Shown here piece by piece: positions 7,760 through 16,072 of a stretch of DNA of 20,199 bases. Position numbers and translations under genes: made by a program. Below the pieces are notes generated by a model. The model saw only the letters and a list, made by a program, of their open reading frames with translations. It was not told the origin of the DNA and made no database searches. Position 1 is the stretch's first letter. Every line of letters begins with the position of its first letter. Source of the stretch: Candidatus Eiseniibacteriota bacterium (lineage in GTDB: Bacteria; Eisenbacteria; RBG-16-71-46); assembly GCA_044222065.1 (NCBI GenBank), contig JBGAOA010000022.1:36587-56785 (forward strand), given 5' to 3'.

Positions 7760-10176
7760 GCCGCCCCCTCGCCCGCGGGCGCCGGCTTCGAGCGGCGCGC
7801 GAGCAGCAGCCCGGCCACAATCATCAGGATCGCGACGACGGCGCTCACGATCGAGAGCGTGCGGCCGAGTCCGAGCGACGGCGAGTCGAACGTGAAGCGC
7901 ACTTCGTGTTCGCCCGCCGGCACGGCGACCGCGCGCAGCAGGTAGTCGGCGCGCAGCAGATCGGCGGGCTTGCCGTCCACCGCGACCTTCCAGTCCGGGT
8001 ACCACGCGTCGGCGAGCCGCAGCACGCCGGGGCCCGGCGTGCGCACCTTCACGGTGACGTCGTTCAGGCGGTAGGACGTGATCTCGGCCGTCGCGCCCGC
8101 GACGTCGCCCGGCGCAGGATCGGGCGCGCGATCGAGCCAGGTCACGGCTGCGGGATCGGCGCCGCCCGCGCGCACGCTGTCGAGGATCGCCTTCGTCGCG
8201 GGCGCGACGCGCACGGCGCCGACCACGGTCGCGCGCGGGAGCGCGAGCAGGTTCTCGTACACGACGCCGCTCGCGCCACGATGCGCCTCGCGCAGCCACG
8301 GCGGCAATTGGTCGATCGCCTGCGGCGCGATCACGAAGCGCACGTTCAGGAGCCGCCACCACACGGGATCGTTCTGCAGCTGCGCGTCGAGGAAGTCCTG
8401 CACCGCGCGCGGCTTCGCGGCGTGGTAGCCGCCGACGGACGCGATGCCGAATCCGGCGAAGCGGTTGTTCTGGAACTCGGGGAACGAGAGCGGAAGGATG
8501 CGGAACGAGCCCGGGGGCCCCGCCTTCTCGAGGAATTCGATCGTGTCGTCGCGCCCGGCCTCGAGGTCGCGCGCCTGCACGTCGCCGATCACCGGCTGCA
8601 TGACGCGGCCGCTCACGGGCCACAACTCGCCGAGCAGCAGCGCGAGCGCGACGAGCGTCGCGAGGGAGGCCGGCAGCCGGCCGCCGCGCGCGAGCCACGC
8701 GGCGCCGAGCGCGAGCAGGCCGAGCAGCGAGACGCGTCCGAGATCCGTGACGAACATCTGGAACGCGATCTCGGCCGCCTGCGGCGGCACCTGCGGGTTC
8801 GAGGTCGCGAGCGCGACGTACGGTCCGTGCAGCAGGCCGCCGCCCGCGATCGCGAGCAGGAACCCGAGCGCGAGCACCGCGGCGCTCGCGAGCAGCGTGC
8901 GGCCCACCGGATCGGCGGCCTTCGCGCCCTTCGCGGACTCGGGGGCGCGTTCGAGCGCGGCGCTCCACCCCCACGCGAGCGCGAGCGCGCCCGCGAGCTG
9001 GAACAGCAGCAGGATCATCACCGGGATGCGGAACTTGTTGAACAACGGCAGGTGGTCGTAGAGGAAGCCGTAGAGGGGCGAGTTGTGCCCGAACGAGATG
9101 AAGATCGCGATCAGCCCGAGCGCGACGGCGAACGCGCGCGCGACGCCGAAACCCGCGGCGAACGCGGGCAGGGCGAGCACGACGGCGACCATGCCGAGGT
9201 AGGCGTTCGGATAGTCCGTGAACGGCATGCCGCCCCAGTACGTGCCGCCGCCGAAACCGACCCAGTTCGGCACGATCGCCGACAGCAGCTCGTAGGGCGC
9301 CATCGACCAGCCGGTGGCGTACGCGAGCCCGGCGCCGCCGCCGTCGCCGCCGCCGCGGATGGAGTACTGCGCGTAGTCCTTGAGCGGCAGGTTGTAGACG
9401 CCCGCGAGCCCGAACGCGAGCCCCGCGGCCACGCCGAGCGCCGCGGCGCGCGCGAACGTCTTCGCCAGTTCGCCGGGCGTGCGCAGCGTGGCCACGATCT
9501 GCACCACCGCGAGCAGGCCGATCGCGATCCACGTGTAGAAGCAGATCTGCAGGTGGCCGCGCAGGAACTGGAAACCACCCGCGAGCGCGAGCAGGCCCAG
9601 GTCGGTGACGCTGCCGCGCCGGAACCAGCGCGCGGCGAGCCACACCATGAGCGGCAGGTACGCCGAGTTCACGAGCTGGCTGCCGTGGCCGTGCGAGCCC
9701 ACCGCGACCAGGTTCGGCTGGAACACGAACGCCACCGCGCCGAGCAACGCGCCCTCGGAGCGCGCACCCCACTCGCGAGCGAGCAGGTACGTGAACAGGC
9801 CGCCGAGGAAGTAGTACAGCAGCATCCACGTGAGGTCGGGCAGCGGCAGCACCTTCTGCAGCAGCGCGAGCGGCCAGTCGGGCGGGTAGATCAGCGGGTT
9901 GTACGCGCCCGACCCGAACGACGGCATGCCCAGGAACACGAACGGATTCCACAGCGGGTAGACCTTGTCCTGCCACAGCGAATGCTCGCCGATGCGCACG
10001 AAGCCGACGGGGTTCGTGGCGTCGGGCGACACGAACGTGCGCCCGCCCACGGACACCTCGTGGAAGAACAGGATCACCAGCAACGCGAGGATCGCCGCCG
10101 CCCATCCGGTGGACAGGGAGAACGGCGGTGCGGTCTTGACCTCGCGCTTCGCGGAGGCGGTCTTCTTCTCGGCCAT
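7756..10176 (-). CDS. YfhO-family membrane protein (GT-C fold), 806 aa
   Basis: PLWNPFVFLGMP..YPP after TM1, many TM segments, YLG and FNKFRIP motifs, and a C-terminal extracytoplasmic domain with LADAWYPDWKVAVDGKPADLLRADYLLRAVAVPAGEHEVRFTF followed by a terminal TM helix, as in YfhO. Confidence 0.85.
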   Translation of the reverse strand: MAEKKTASAKREVKTAPPFSLSTGWAAAILALLVILFFHEVSVGGRTFVSPDATNPVGFVRIGEHSLWQDKVYPLWNPFVFLGMPSFGSGAYNPLIYPPDWPLALLQKVLPLPDLTWMLLYYFLGGLFTYLLAREWGARSEGALLGAVAFVFQPNLVAVGSHGHGSQLVNSAYLPLMVWLAARWFRRGSVTDLGLLALAGGFQFLRGHLQICFYTWIAIGLLAVVQIVATLRTPGELAKTFARAAALGVAAGLAFGLAGVYNLPLKDYAQYSIRGGGDGGGAGLAYATGWSMAPYELLSAIVPNWVGFGGGTYWGGMPFTDYPNAYLGMVAVVLALPAFAAGFGVARAFAVALGLIAIFISFGHNSPLYGFLYDHLPLFNKFRIPVMILLLFQLAGALALAWGWSAALERAPESAKGAKAADPVGRTLLASAAVLALGFLLAIAGGGLLHGPYVALATSNPQVPPQAAEIAFQMFVTDLGRVSLLGLLALGAAWLARGGRLPASLATLVALALLLGELWPVSGRVMQPVIGDVQARDLEAGRDDTIEFLEKAGPPGSFRILPLSFPEFQNNRFAGFGIASVGGYHAAKPRAVQDFLDAQLQNDPVWWRLLNVRFVIAPQAIDQLPPWLREAHRGASGVVYENLLALPRATVVGAVRVAPATKAILDSVRAGGADPAAVTWLDRAPDPAPGDVAGATAEITSYRLNDVTVKVRTPGPGVLRLADAWYPDWKVAVDGKPADLLRADYLLRAVAVPAGEHEVRFTFDSPSLGLGRTLSIVSAVVAILMIVAGLLLARRSKPAPAGEGAA

Positions 10177-10189
10177 GCGGGTCCTCGGG

Positions 10190-11314
10190 TCAGGCGGCGG
10201 GCAGCCGCGCCTCGATCTCGGACACGAGACGCGCGGCGAGCGCGTCCCAGTCGTGCGGGCGGGCCAGCTCGCGTCGTCTTGCGCGGTCCGCGGGGGCGTC
10301 GAGCGCCGCCGCGAGCGCGCGGGTGGTGTCTTCGGCTGTGGTAGCGAAGAGGAGGTCGGGCGGGCTTTCCGGGAGGTCGAGGACGGGCGTGGTGATCACG
10401 GGCAGCCCGGCCGCGAGGTACTGGTAGACCTTGTTGGGATTGATCCCCTGCACGAACGGATCGTTCGCGCGGAACGGGATCACGCCCACGTCGAGACCCT
10501 GCATGTACGCCGGCACGTCCGCGTAAGGCCGCGGCCCCAGCACCGCCACGCCCTCCCGGCTCGCGAAGTCGGCGACCGCGGCGTCGGTGGCGGGAGTGCC
10601 CGGCCCCAGAAGTACCACGGTGCCGCCCCGGCGGTTCCGGCGCAGCGCTTCGAGCAGGTCGAAATCCAGGAAGTGCGACAGCAGCCCCACGTAGCCGATC
10701 CGCGGCCGGGGCAGTGACGCGAGGTCGGCCGGCAGCGGCCGCTCGGGCTCGAAATGGCCCGTCTCGACGCCGTTCCCGAGCAGGATCAAGGGCTGGGTGA
10801 TCTCCTCGGCCAACTGCCGCCGGTAGTACTCCGAGACCGCGAACACCGCGTCCGCCTGGCGGATGGTGCGCGGCCAGTAGTCGCGGGCCCACGACGGTGT
10901 CACGGAGAACTGAAAGGGACTGTCGTTGAAGTCGTAAAGTACCAGCTTCTTCGAGAGCCGCGAAAGCAGTCCGGGGCAGTAGATGTTGGACACCAGCACG
11001 GTCGGCCGGGCCTCCACGCCCAGCTTGCGCAGCATCCGGCCCAGGTACATTTCGGCGCCCGCCTCGATGAGCGCCCGCCCGGGGGCCGTGGCCGCCAGCG
11101 CGTTGTACGGGCCGCTCTTCGTGCCCGGCTTGAGGAACGGGACCGTGAAGGAGGTGACGTTGCCCTCCCGCCGCGGCGTCCACGGGTCGTCCGAGCCGAA
11201 CGCCGGCGGTTGGGCGAAGAACACGCGCCAGCGGTCCGGGAAGCGCGACAGCAGGAACTGCTTCCGGGTGCGGAAGTAGCCCCAGCGCACTTCGGAGAGG
11301 ACGAGCAGGTCCAT
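10190..11314 (-). CDS. Glycosyltransferase family 4 (TuaH-like), 374 aa
   Basis: W..FRTRKQFL N-terminus, LVLYDFND, ADAVFAVS, LGNGVE..HF, PRPRIGYVG, LGPRPYADVPAYMQGLDVGVIPF, NPNKVYQYLAAGLPVITT. Confidence 0.88.
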   Translation of the reverse strand: MDLLVLSEVRWGYFRTRKQFLLSRFPDRWRVFFAQPPAFGSDDPWTPRREGNVTSFTVPFLKPGTKSGPYNALAATAPGRALIEAGAEMYLGRMLRKLGVEARPTVLVSNIYCPGLLSRLSKKLVLYDFNDSPFQFSVTPSWARDYWPRTIRQADAVFAVSEYYRRQLAEEITQPLILLGNGVETGHFEPERPLPADLASLPRPRIGYVGLLSHFLDFDLLEALRRNRRGGTVVLLGPGTPATDAAVADFASREGVAVLGPRPYADVPAYMQGLDVGVIPFRANDPFVQGINPNKVYQYLAAGLPVITTPVLDLPESPPDLLFATTAEDTTRALAAALDAPADRARRRELARPHDWDALAARLVSEIEARLPAA

Positions 11315-11470
11315 GGCTCAGGCGGCCCGGGAGTGGGCCCGGGGGCCCTGGTGGGGAGGTCGCATCCGGGGCAGGCTAAACGAGGGAGCCGCCCCCCCAC
11401 CAGTGCCGGCCGGGCCGAGCCCGGCATCCCCCGCCGGCCTCCCCCGCCGCCGGGCCGTCCGGGGCGGCCC
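11315..11470 (-). promoter_or_regulatory. Only long intergenic gap in the cluster; GC-rich stem-loops, possible internal promoter or RNA structure
   Basis: Inverted repeat ctggtgggg (11348-11356) / ccccaccag (11395-11403), additional short hairpins, and a minus-strand TAGCCT (-10-like) at 11373-11378. No poly-U tail. Confidence 0.3.
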
Positions 11471-13546
11471 TCAGGCCACCGGGGAGCCCGTCTCGACGTC
11501 CCGCTCGTAGCGGTCGCGTGCCTCGACCCAGCTCAGGTGCCGCCCGGCGTGCGGGCTGTCGATCGGCGAGGGCCGGTCGAACCGCGGGTCGGCCGCGATC
11601 ATCTGCTGCGACCACGACTCCAGCGCCAGCCAGCGCCACACCTGGAGCCCGATCGCGCGGCGGCCCGCCAGGTAGTCCTCGAGCTGGTCGGCCATCACGC
11701 GACGGTCCACCCAGTCCTGGAACGGTCCCGGCCGCGACAGCCGCCGGCGCACTTCGGCCGAGTGCCGGCCGCGCAGCCACAGGTCGGTGGGCGTCTCGAA
11801 GCCCATCTTGTCGCGGCGGTCGAGCACCGCGCGCGGGATGCGCTCGGCCATCGCGCGGCGCAGCACGGCCTTCGTCGTGGTGCCCTCGAGTTTCGCGTCG
11901 TCGGGCAGCGAGAACGCGAACTCCACGAGCCGGTAGTCGAGGAACGGCAGGCGCGTCTCGATCGCGAACGCCATCGAGTTGCGGTCCTCGTAGCGCAACA
12001 GGCTCGGCAACTGGCGCACGATCGTGTCGAACTCGAGCTGGCGCCACAGGAAGCTGCGCGCGGCCCCGGCGGGACGCGGCGCCTCGCTCGCGAGCGAGGC
12101 GAGCGCACGGCCGAGCACGCGGTCCTTGCCCTGTCCCCAGCGGCGGCGCATCGCCTCCACGAGCGGCGCGGGCAGGAACGGCTCGAACGTGTGCAGCAGC
12201 GTGGTGGCGAAGCCGAGCCGGTCGGAGACGCCGCTCCACAGGTTCGCGAACGCGCCCCACTCGCCGTTCGACACGTGGTCGCGCAGCCGCGCCGGCAGGT
12301 AGCGGAAGTAGCCGGCCAGCGTCTCGTCGCCGCCCTGGCCGTCGAGCAGCACCTTGAGGCCGGCGCCGTGCGCCAGTTCCATCACCTTCCACTGCGAGAA
12401 CAGCCCGGGCCCCGCGGTGGGCTCGTCCTGCTGCATCGCGAGCGTGTCGAACACGTTCCAGAAGTCGGCGCCGTCGGGCACGACCACGTGCGAGCGCACG
12501 CCGGTCGCCTCGGCCACCGCGCGCACGTACGGCCGCTCGTCGAACGACGGGCCCTCGTCGTAGGCGCACGTGAAAGCGTGCAGGCCCTTCGGCGCGAACA
12601 TCGCCGCCGTGGTGACCACGGCGCTCGAGTCGAGCCCGCCCGAAAGGCACGAGCCCACCTCGACGTCGGCGCGCAGGCGAATGCGCACCGCGTCGGTGAA
12701 CAGCCGCTCGTACTCGCGCACGTGATCGTCGATCCCGCCCGACGCGGTGGCGGACGGATCGAGCGACCACCAGCGCCGGATCGCGAAGCGACCCTCGCCC
12801 AGCACGATGCAGTGCCCCGCGGGCAGCTGGCGCAGGCCCTCGAAGAACGTGCCCGAGCCGTGGTCCACCCAGTCGAGCGCGAGCAGGTCGCGCACCGCGG
12901 GCAGGTGCGGCGTGATGCGGCGCGGCTGCGTGAGCACGAGCGCCTTGGGCTCGGAGGCGAAGGCGAACCGCTCGCCGTCCCACTGGTAGTAGAACGGCTT
13001 CACGCCCAGCCGGTCGCGCGCGCAGAAAAGTTCGCGACGTTGCCCGTCCCAGATCGCGAGCGCGAACATGCCGTTGAAGTGCTGCAGGCAGTCGCGGCCC
13101 CAGCGCGCGTACGCCGCCAGGATCACCTCGGTGTCGCTCGTGGACACGAAGCGCGCGCCCGCCTGTTCGAGTTCGGCGCGCAGCTCCACGAAGTTGTAGA
13201 TCTCGCCGTTGTACGTGATCCACGTGCGACCGGTCGCATCGCACATGGGCTGGTGCCCGCCCGGCGACAGGTCGACGATCGACAACCGCCGGTGCACGAA
13301 GCCGAGCCGGTACGTCGCGTCGCCCGGCGCGCCGGTGCCGCGGCCGGGCGCGTACGGCAGCGCACTCGCGAACGCGTCGCGCGGCGTGTCGGGTCCGCCG
13401 TGCGTGAACGCGCGGCCGGTGTCGGGATCCACCAGCACCACGCCCTCGTCGTCGGGCCCGCGGTGGCGCAGCACCTGCGCCATGCGATGCAGTCGGCCCA
13501 GGTCGGCGCGTCCACGCGTGTCGAACAGTCCGGCGATACCGCACAT
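11471..13546 (-). CDS. asnB: Asparagine synthase (glutamine-hydrolysing) family amidotransferase, probably glycan-amidating, 691 aa
   Basis: True start is the ATG at 13546 with GGAGG upstream: MCGIAG (Ntn Cys2). Motifs HRGPDDEG, HRRLSIVDLS..GHQPM, YNGEIYNF, SDTEVIL, FNGMFA, RDRLGVKP, LSGGLDSS, LDGQGGDE, DRNSMAF.IETRLPFLDYRLVE, KMGF. Confidence 0.95.
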   Translation of the reverse strand: MCGIAGLFDTRGRADLGRLHRMAQVLRHRGPDDEGVVLVDPDTGRAFTHGGPDTPRDAFASALPYAPGRGTGAPGDATYRLGFVHRRLSIVDLSPGGHQPMCDATGRTWITYNGEIYNFVELRAELEQAGARFVSTSDTEVILAAYARWGRDCLQHFNGMFALAIWDGQRRELFCARDRLGVKPFYYQWDGERFAFASEPKALVLTQPRRITPHLPAVRDLLALDWVDHGSGTFFEGLRQLPAGHCIVLGEGRFAIRRWWSLDPSATASGGIDDHVREYERLFTDAVRIRLRADVEVGSCLSGGLDSSAVVTTAAMFAPKGLHAFTCAYDEGPSFDERPYVRAVAEATGVRSHVVVPDGADFWNVFDTLAMQQDEPTAGPGLFSQWKVMELAHGAGLKVLLDGQGGDETLAGYFRYLPARLRDHVSNGEWGAFANLWSGVSDRLGFATTLLHTFEPFLPAPLVEAMRRRWGQGKDRVLGRALASLASEAPRPAGAARSFLWRQLEFDTIVRQLPSLLRYEDRNSMAFAIETRLPFLDYRLVEFAFSLPDDAKLEGTTTKAVLRRAMAERIPRAVLDRRDKMGFETPTDLWLRGRHSAEVRRRLSRPGPFQDWVDRRVMADQLEDYLAGRRAIGLQVWRWLALESWSQQMIAADPRFDRPSPIDSPHAGRHLSWVEARDRYERDVETGSPVA

Positions 13547-13563
13547 GGGGCGAAATCCTCCGC

Positions 13564-15015
13564 CTAACGCTTCCAGGGCGCGTCCGGCCGATGCCGCACC
13601 GCGCCGCGATCCGTCCACACCTCGAGCCGCCACGCGAGCGCCGCGAACGCCGCGAGCGCCACCGCGCGCACCGCGATGCCCGCCGCGCCGCCCGGCGCCC
13701 ACCGCACCACCGCGAGTCCCGCCGCGAGCGCGCCCACGAACAACAGCGCCAGCCGCGCGCCGCGGTGCGGCAACGGCTTCACGCGCTGCGCGATGACGAA
13801 CGTCAGCACGGCCGAAGTCGTGTGCCCCACGAACGTGGACGCGGCCGCGCCCTCGGCGCCCCAGCGCGGCACGAGCAGCGCGTTCGCGATCGCCGCCGCC
13901 GCCGCGCCCCCGCACGCCGCCCAGCCGAGCAGCGACGTGCGAAGCGAGAGATTGATGCCGAGCGCCGCGACATAGTAGGCACCCTGCGCGACCGCGGCAA
14001 AGCACAGCCACAGCGCCGGACCCGCCGCGTTCGCGTACGCCTTCGTGGCGAGCAGCGAGACGAGGATCGGCGCGCCGAGTCCCACCGCGAGCGCGCCGAA
14101 CGACGCGGCCGCCATGTACAGCGCGCCCACGCGCGCGTACAGGAACGGCGCGTCGGACTCGCGTGCGCGCGCGAACGCGAACGGCATGAACGCCAGCTGG
14201 AACGCCGACACGCCCATGGTGACCACCGCGAAGAACTTGAGCGCGACCGCGTACACCGCCACCTCGGCGAGCGTGGCGTGGCGCTGCAGGAACCAGCGGT
14301 CGAGCGAGCCGATCAGCCCGTACGCGAACGCCACCGGCACGAGCGGCGCGCCGTACGCGACCATGCGGCGCAGCGTGGTGCGGCTGAAGCGCGGCCGCAG
14401 GTGGTGCCGGCACAGCAGCACGCCGAGCGCCGCCGCCACCGCGTCGCCGCCCAGCTTGCCGTACAGCGCGCCCACCACGCCCGCGTGCTGCCCCACCACG
14501 AACCACAGCGTGAAGCCGCCGATCGCCACCGTCTGCGTGACGTTGAGCGCCACGAACTTCCACGGCTGGAACGTCACGCGCAGCACGTCGTTCGCGAACA
14601 GGCTGAACAGCGTGAACGGCAGCGTGAGCGCGGCGATGCGCAGGTACTTCGCGTACACCGCGCCGCCCAGCAGTCTCTCGGCGAGCCACGGCGCCGCCGC
14701 CGCCAGCGCGAGCGCCGCGCCGCCACCCACCACCAGGCGGAACACGAACGACGACGACACCATGCGCAGCCGCGACTCGCGGTCAGGCTCGTCGTAGAAG
14801 AAGCGCGCGAGCGCCGCGTCCATGCCGAACACCATCACGAGCAGCGCGCTCTGCGCGTAGCCCAGCAGCAGGTCGTTGAGCCCGAACTCCTCGCGCACGA
14901 GCGCGCGCGTGAGGATCGGCACCAGCGCCAGGTTGACGATGCGACCCAGCACCTGCCCGAGCCCGTACACCACGGACTCGCCGCCGAGGCGCTTCAGCTG
15001 TTCGCGCAGGTTCAC
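13564..15015 (-). CDS. wzx: Wzx/MOP-superfamily oligosaccharide flippase, 483 aa
   Basis: GTG start at 15015 (GTGA overlap): MNLREQLKRLGGESVVYGLGQVLGRIVNLALVPILTRAL..EEFG. Motifs FGMDAALARFFYD, YGAPLVP, DRWFL, VAVYAVALKF and NALLVPRWGAEGAA, with numerous TM helices. Confidence 0.9.
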   Translation of the reverse strand: MNLREQLKRLGGESVVYGLGQVLGRIVNLALVPILTRALVREEFGLNDLLLGYAQSALLVMVFGMDAALARFFYDEPDRESRLRMVSSSFVFRLVVGGGAALALAAAAPWLAERLLGGAVYAKYLRIAALTLPFTLFSLFANDVLRVTFQPWKFVALNVTQTVAIGGFTLWFVVGQHAGVVGALYGKLGGDAVAAALGVLLCRHHLRPRFSRTTLRRMVAYGAPLVPVAFAYGLIGSLDRWFLQRHATLAEVAVYAVALKFFAVVTMGVSAFQLAFMPFAFARARESDAPFLYARVGALYMAAASFGALAVGLGAPILVSLLATKAYANAAGPALWLCFAAVAQGAYYVAALGINLSLRTSLLGWAACGGAAAAAIANALLVPRWGAEGAAASTFVGHTTSAVLTFVIAQRVKPLPHRGARLALLFVGALAAGLAVVRWAPGGAAGIAVRAVALAAFAALAWRLEVWTDRGAVRHRPDAPWKR

Positions 15016-16022
15016 GACACCCCGAGCGAGCGGTAGAGCTCGATCAGCCGGCCCGCCACGACCGGCGCCGCGTGCTCGCGCTCCACGTACGCGCGCCCCG
15101 CCGTCGCGAGCGCGGCGCGCCGCGGGGCGTCGCCGAGCAGCGCCTCGAGATCGGCCGCGAGCGTCTCGATGGACGTGCGCACCACCGGTGCGTCTTTCGC
15201 GAGCGGCTCGAAACCGGGGCGCACGTACGCGAGCGCCGGCTTGCCCAGCGCCATCGCCTCCACCGACACCATGCCGTACCAGCCCATGAAGAGCTGGTCC
15301 ACGAACACGTCGCACTCGCGCATGAGGTCGCGCAGTCCCGCCCAGGGCACCTTCTCCACCGTGCGGAACTCGACGCCCGGGAACTTCGGCCGCAGCGCCT
15401 CGAACGCGGCTTCGACGTACTTCGTGCCCTTGATCAGCCGGTTCGTGGGCGCGTGCAGCACCAGCCTCGGCTCGCGCCGCGGCTCGGCGAACGGGTAGTC
15501 GGGCAGCCACACCGCCACGTGCAGCTGCCGCGCATTCGGAACGGACTCCAGCAGGTCGGGCGTGGACACGATCTCCGCGTCGACCCAGCGGCGCGCGCTC
15601 GCGAGGATGCGCTGCTGGCGCGCCGGCAGGCAGAACGGGTCGCACTCCGTGCACGTGCTGCGCGCGTGCGTCGCCTTCATGTGCGCGCGGTTGCGCACGT
15701 CGCAGCCGTGGTAGTGGAACACCACCTTCTTCCCCAGCGCGCGGTACAGCGGCAGGTCCGGGTTGTGCGGTGGGATCAGCGTGCGGCCGAAGTGGAAGTG
15801 GAAGACGTCCCAGTGTCCCGCGTGCTTCAACACGTGCCCCGCGTACGACAGGTAGCGCGGCAGCGGCGACTTCGCGTCGTCGCCCGTGGCCTCGTCGGGC
15901 GTGTACTGCGCGAAGGTCGGGTTCGTCGCGAGCGACCACGCCTCCACGCCGAGGTCGCGCAGCGCGCGCGCGAGGATGCTCGTCTGCCCCGCGATCTCGG
16001 ACGGCGCATGGAGCACTCTCAC
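15012..16022 (-). CDS. Glycosyltransferase family 4, 336 aa
   Basis: MRVLHAPSEIAGQ, DVFHFHFG, GKKVVFHYHGCDVR, HAPTNRLIKGT, CDVFVDQLFMGWYGMVSVEAMALGKP. GAGG lies upstream of the GTG. Confidence 0.88.
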   Translation of the reverse strand: MRVLHAPSEIAGQTSILARALRDLGVEAWSLATNPTFAQYTPDEATGDDAKSPLPRYLSYAGHVLKHAGHWDVFHFHFGRTLIPPHNPDLPLYRALGKKVVFHYHGCDVRNRAHMKATHARSTCTECDPFCLPARQQRILASARRWVDAEIVSTPDLLESVPNARQLHVAVWLPDYPFAEPRREPRLVLHAPTNRLIKGTKYVEAAFEALRPKFPGVEFRTVEKVPWAGLRDLMRECDVFVDQLFMGWYGMVSVEAMALGKPALAYVRPGFEPLAKDAPVVRTSIETLAADLEALLGDAPRRAALATAGRAYVEREHAAPVVAGRLIELYRSLGVS

Positions 16023-16072
16023 GCGCGCGCCTCGGCGGCGGGTGACGGGGCCGCGACGCGGCGTGCGCTCAC
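16019..16072 (-). CDS. Candidate 17-aa bridging micro-ORF (MSARRVAAPSPAAEARA)
   Basis: GTG at 16072 overlaps the methyltransferase stop (GTGA) and follows GGGAGG. Its TGA overlaps the GTG of the next GT4 (GTGA again). Confidence 0.35.
   Translation of the reverse strand: MSARRVAAPSPAAEARA

Noticed and set aside
7031..10105. 1024-aa ORF suggesting a large N-terminal fusion on Ppm1 (e.g. Lnt-Ppm1)
   Set aside because: The extension is an off-frame reading of the yfhO-like gene. The real start is the GTG at 7759.
11404..11470. Rho-independent terminator after asnB
   Set aside because: Hairpins are present but there is no U-tract on either strand.
11471..14689. 1072-aa AsnB ORF
   Set aside because: Ntn amidotransferases need Cys at position 2. 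The start is MCG at 13546, and the extension overlaps the flippase off-frame.
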